Source: Chloroflexota bacterium (GTDB taxonomy: Bacteria > Chloroflexota > Anaerolineae > J102). Taken from it: a stretch of DNA of 32,000 nt. Every line of letters starts with the position of its first letter. Positions within the stretch are counted from its first letter, which is position 1. Made by a program: the position numbers and the translations under genes. Positions 31,808 to 32,000 of the stretch are shown here, piece after piece. Under the pieces are notes generated by a model. It did no database searches and was not told where the DNA came from. It was given only the letters and a program-made list of their open reading frames with translations. The stretch is taken from NCBI GenBank assembly GCA_029782215.1, contig JAKOVD010000069.1:1-32000 (forward strand), written 5' to 3'.

Positions 31808-32000
31808 TCACCGCTCGCTGGCTGCCAGCTTGGCCCCGAGGCCAGCAAAGGCAGCGGCAAAGCTGTAGCGGAGCCAACGCTGAACCGATGCGGACTCGAT
31901 GACATGGCGGCGAAAGGCATGCGCCACAAAGCCGTAGACGACGAAGACAGCGAACGTCATGGCCATGAAGATGCCGCTCAGCGTGAGCAACTGAACAAGC
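31808..32000 (-). CDS. LysE/RhtB-family translocator, C-terminal fragment (runs off the window)
   Basis: ...LVQLLTLSGIFMAMTFAVFVVYGFVAHAFRRHVIESASVQRWLRYSFAAAFAGLGAKLAASER is the typical LysE-family C-terminus. The frame is open to the window edge. Confidence 0.7.
   Translation of the reverse strand, partial: LVQLLTLSGIFMAMTFAVFVVYGFVAHAFRRHVIESASVQRWLRYSFAAAFAGLGAKLAASER

Overview
High-GC proteobacterial chromosome segment (core regions look about 70% G+C by eye). Gene content suggests a Burkholderiales/Comamonadaceae-type betaproteobacterium, but the taxon is a guess. Core genes, in order: a TRAP transporter (dctQ-like fragment plus binding protein), a MarR-like regulator, a fused hydantoinase/5-oxoprolinase, a membrane protein, a CHASE-PAS hybrid histidine kinase, DUF3047 plus an FAD oxidoreductase, a ClpP paralogue, about 15 small unrelated minus-strand genes (DUF4124, DUF1330, DUF1992, VOC, GNAT, DUF2238, DUF488, CopD-like, UDG, SRPBCC), and a lower-GC tail (signal peptidase I, GT51-like, LysE fragment). 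The main feature is a ~10.4-kb lower-GC integrative island (1838-12307) inserted into the first codons of the oxoprolinase gene. It is bounded by a perfect 13-bp direct repeat (TGGCAGTTCTGGA) and carries three pairs of TGTCAAC repeats near its ends that look like integrase arm sites. The island encodes: a full-length tyrosine integrase; a 464-aa protein with a FokI-like cleavage domain behind an N-terminal domain I cannot place; four ORFan genes; a second, catalytic-domain-only tyrosine recombinase; a 612-bp gene-free origin-like region with iterons and a hairpin next to a small HUH (Rep-like) protein; three small ORFs; and a convergent DPPY methyltransferase / PD-(D/E)xK nuclease pair preceded by a stand-alone DUF3578 (MrcB_N-like) reader-domain protein. 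The best candidates for undescribed biology are the FokI-like fusion with its ORFan neighbours and the reader + nuclease + methylase triad. No rRNA, tRNA, CRISPR array or IS element was recognised. Many long ORFs in the supplied track are GC-driven shadow frames and are rejected. All family assignments come from reading motifs by eye and from memory; no searches were run.
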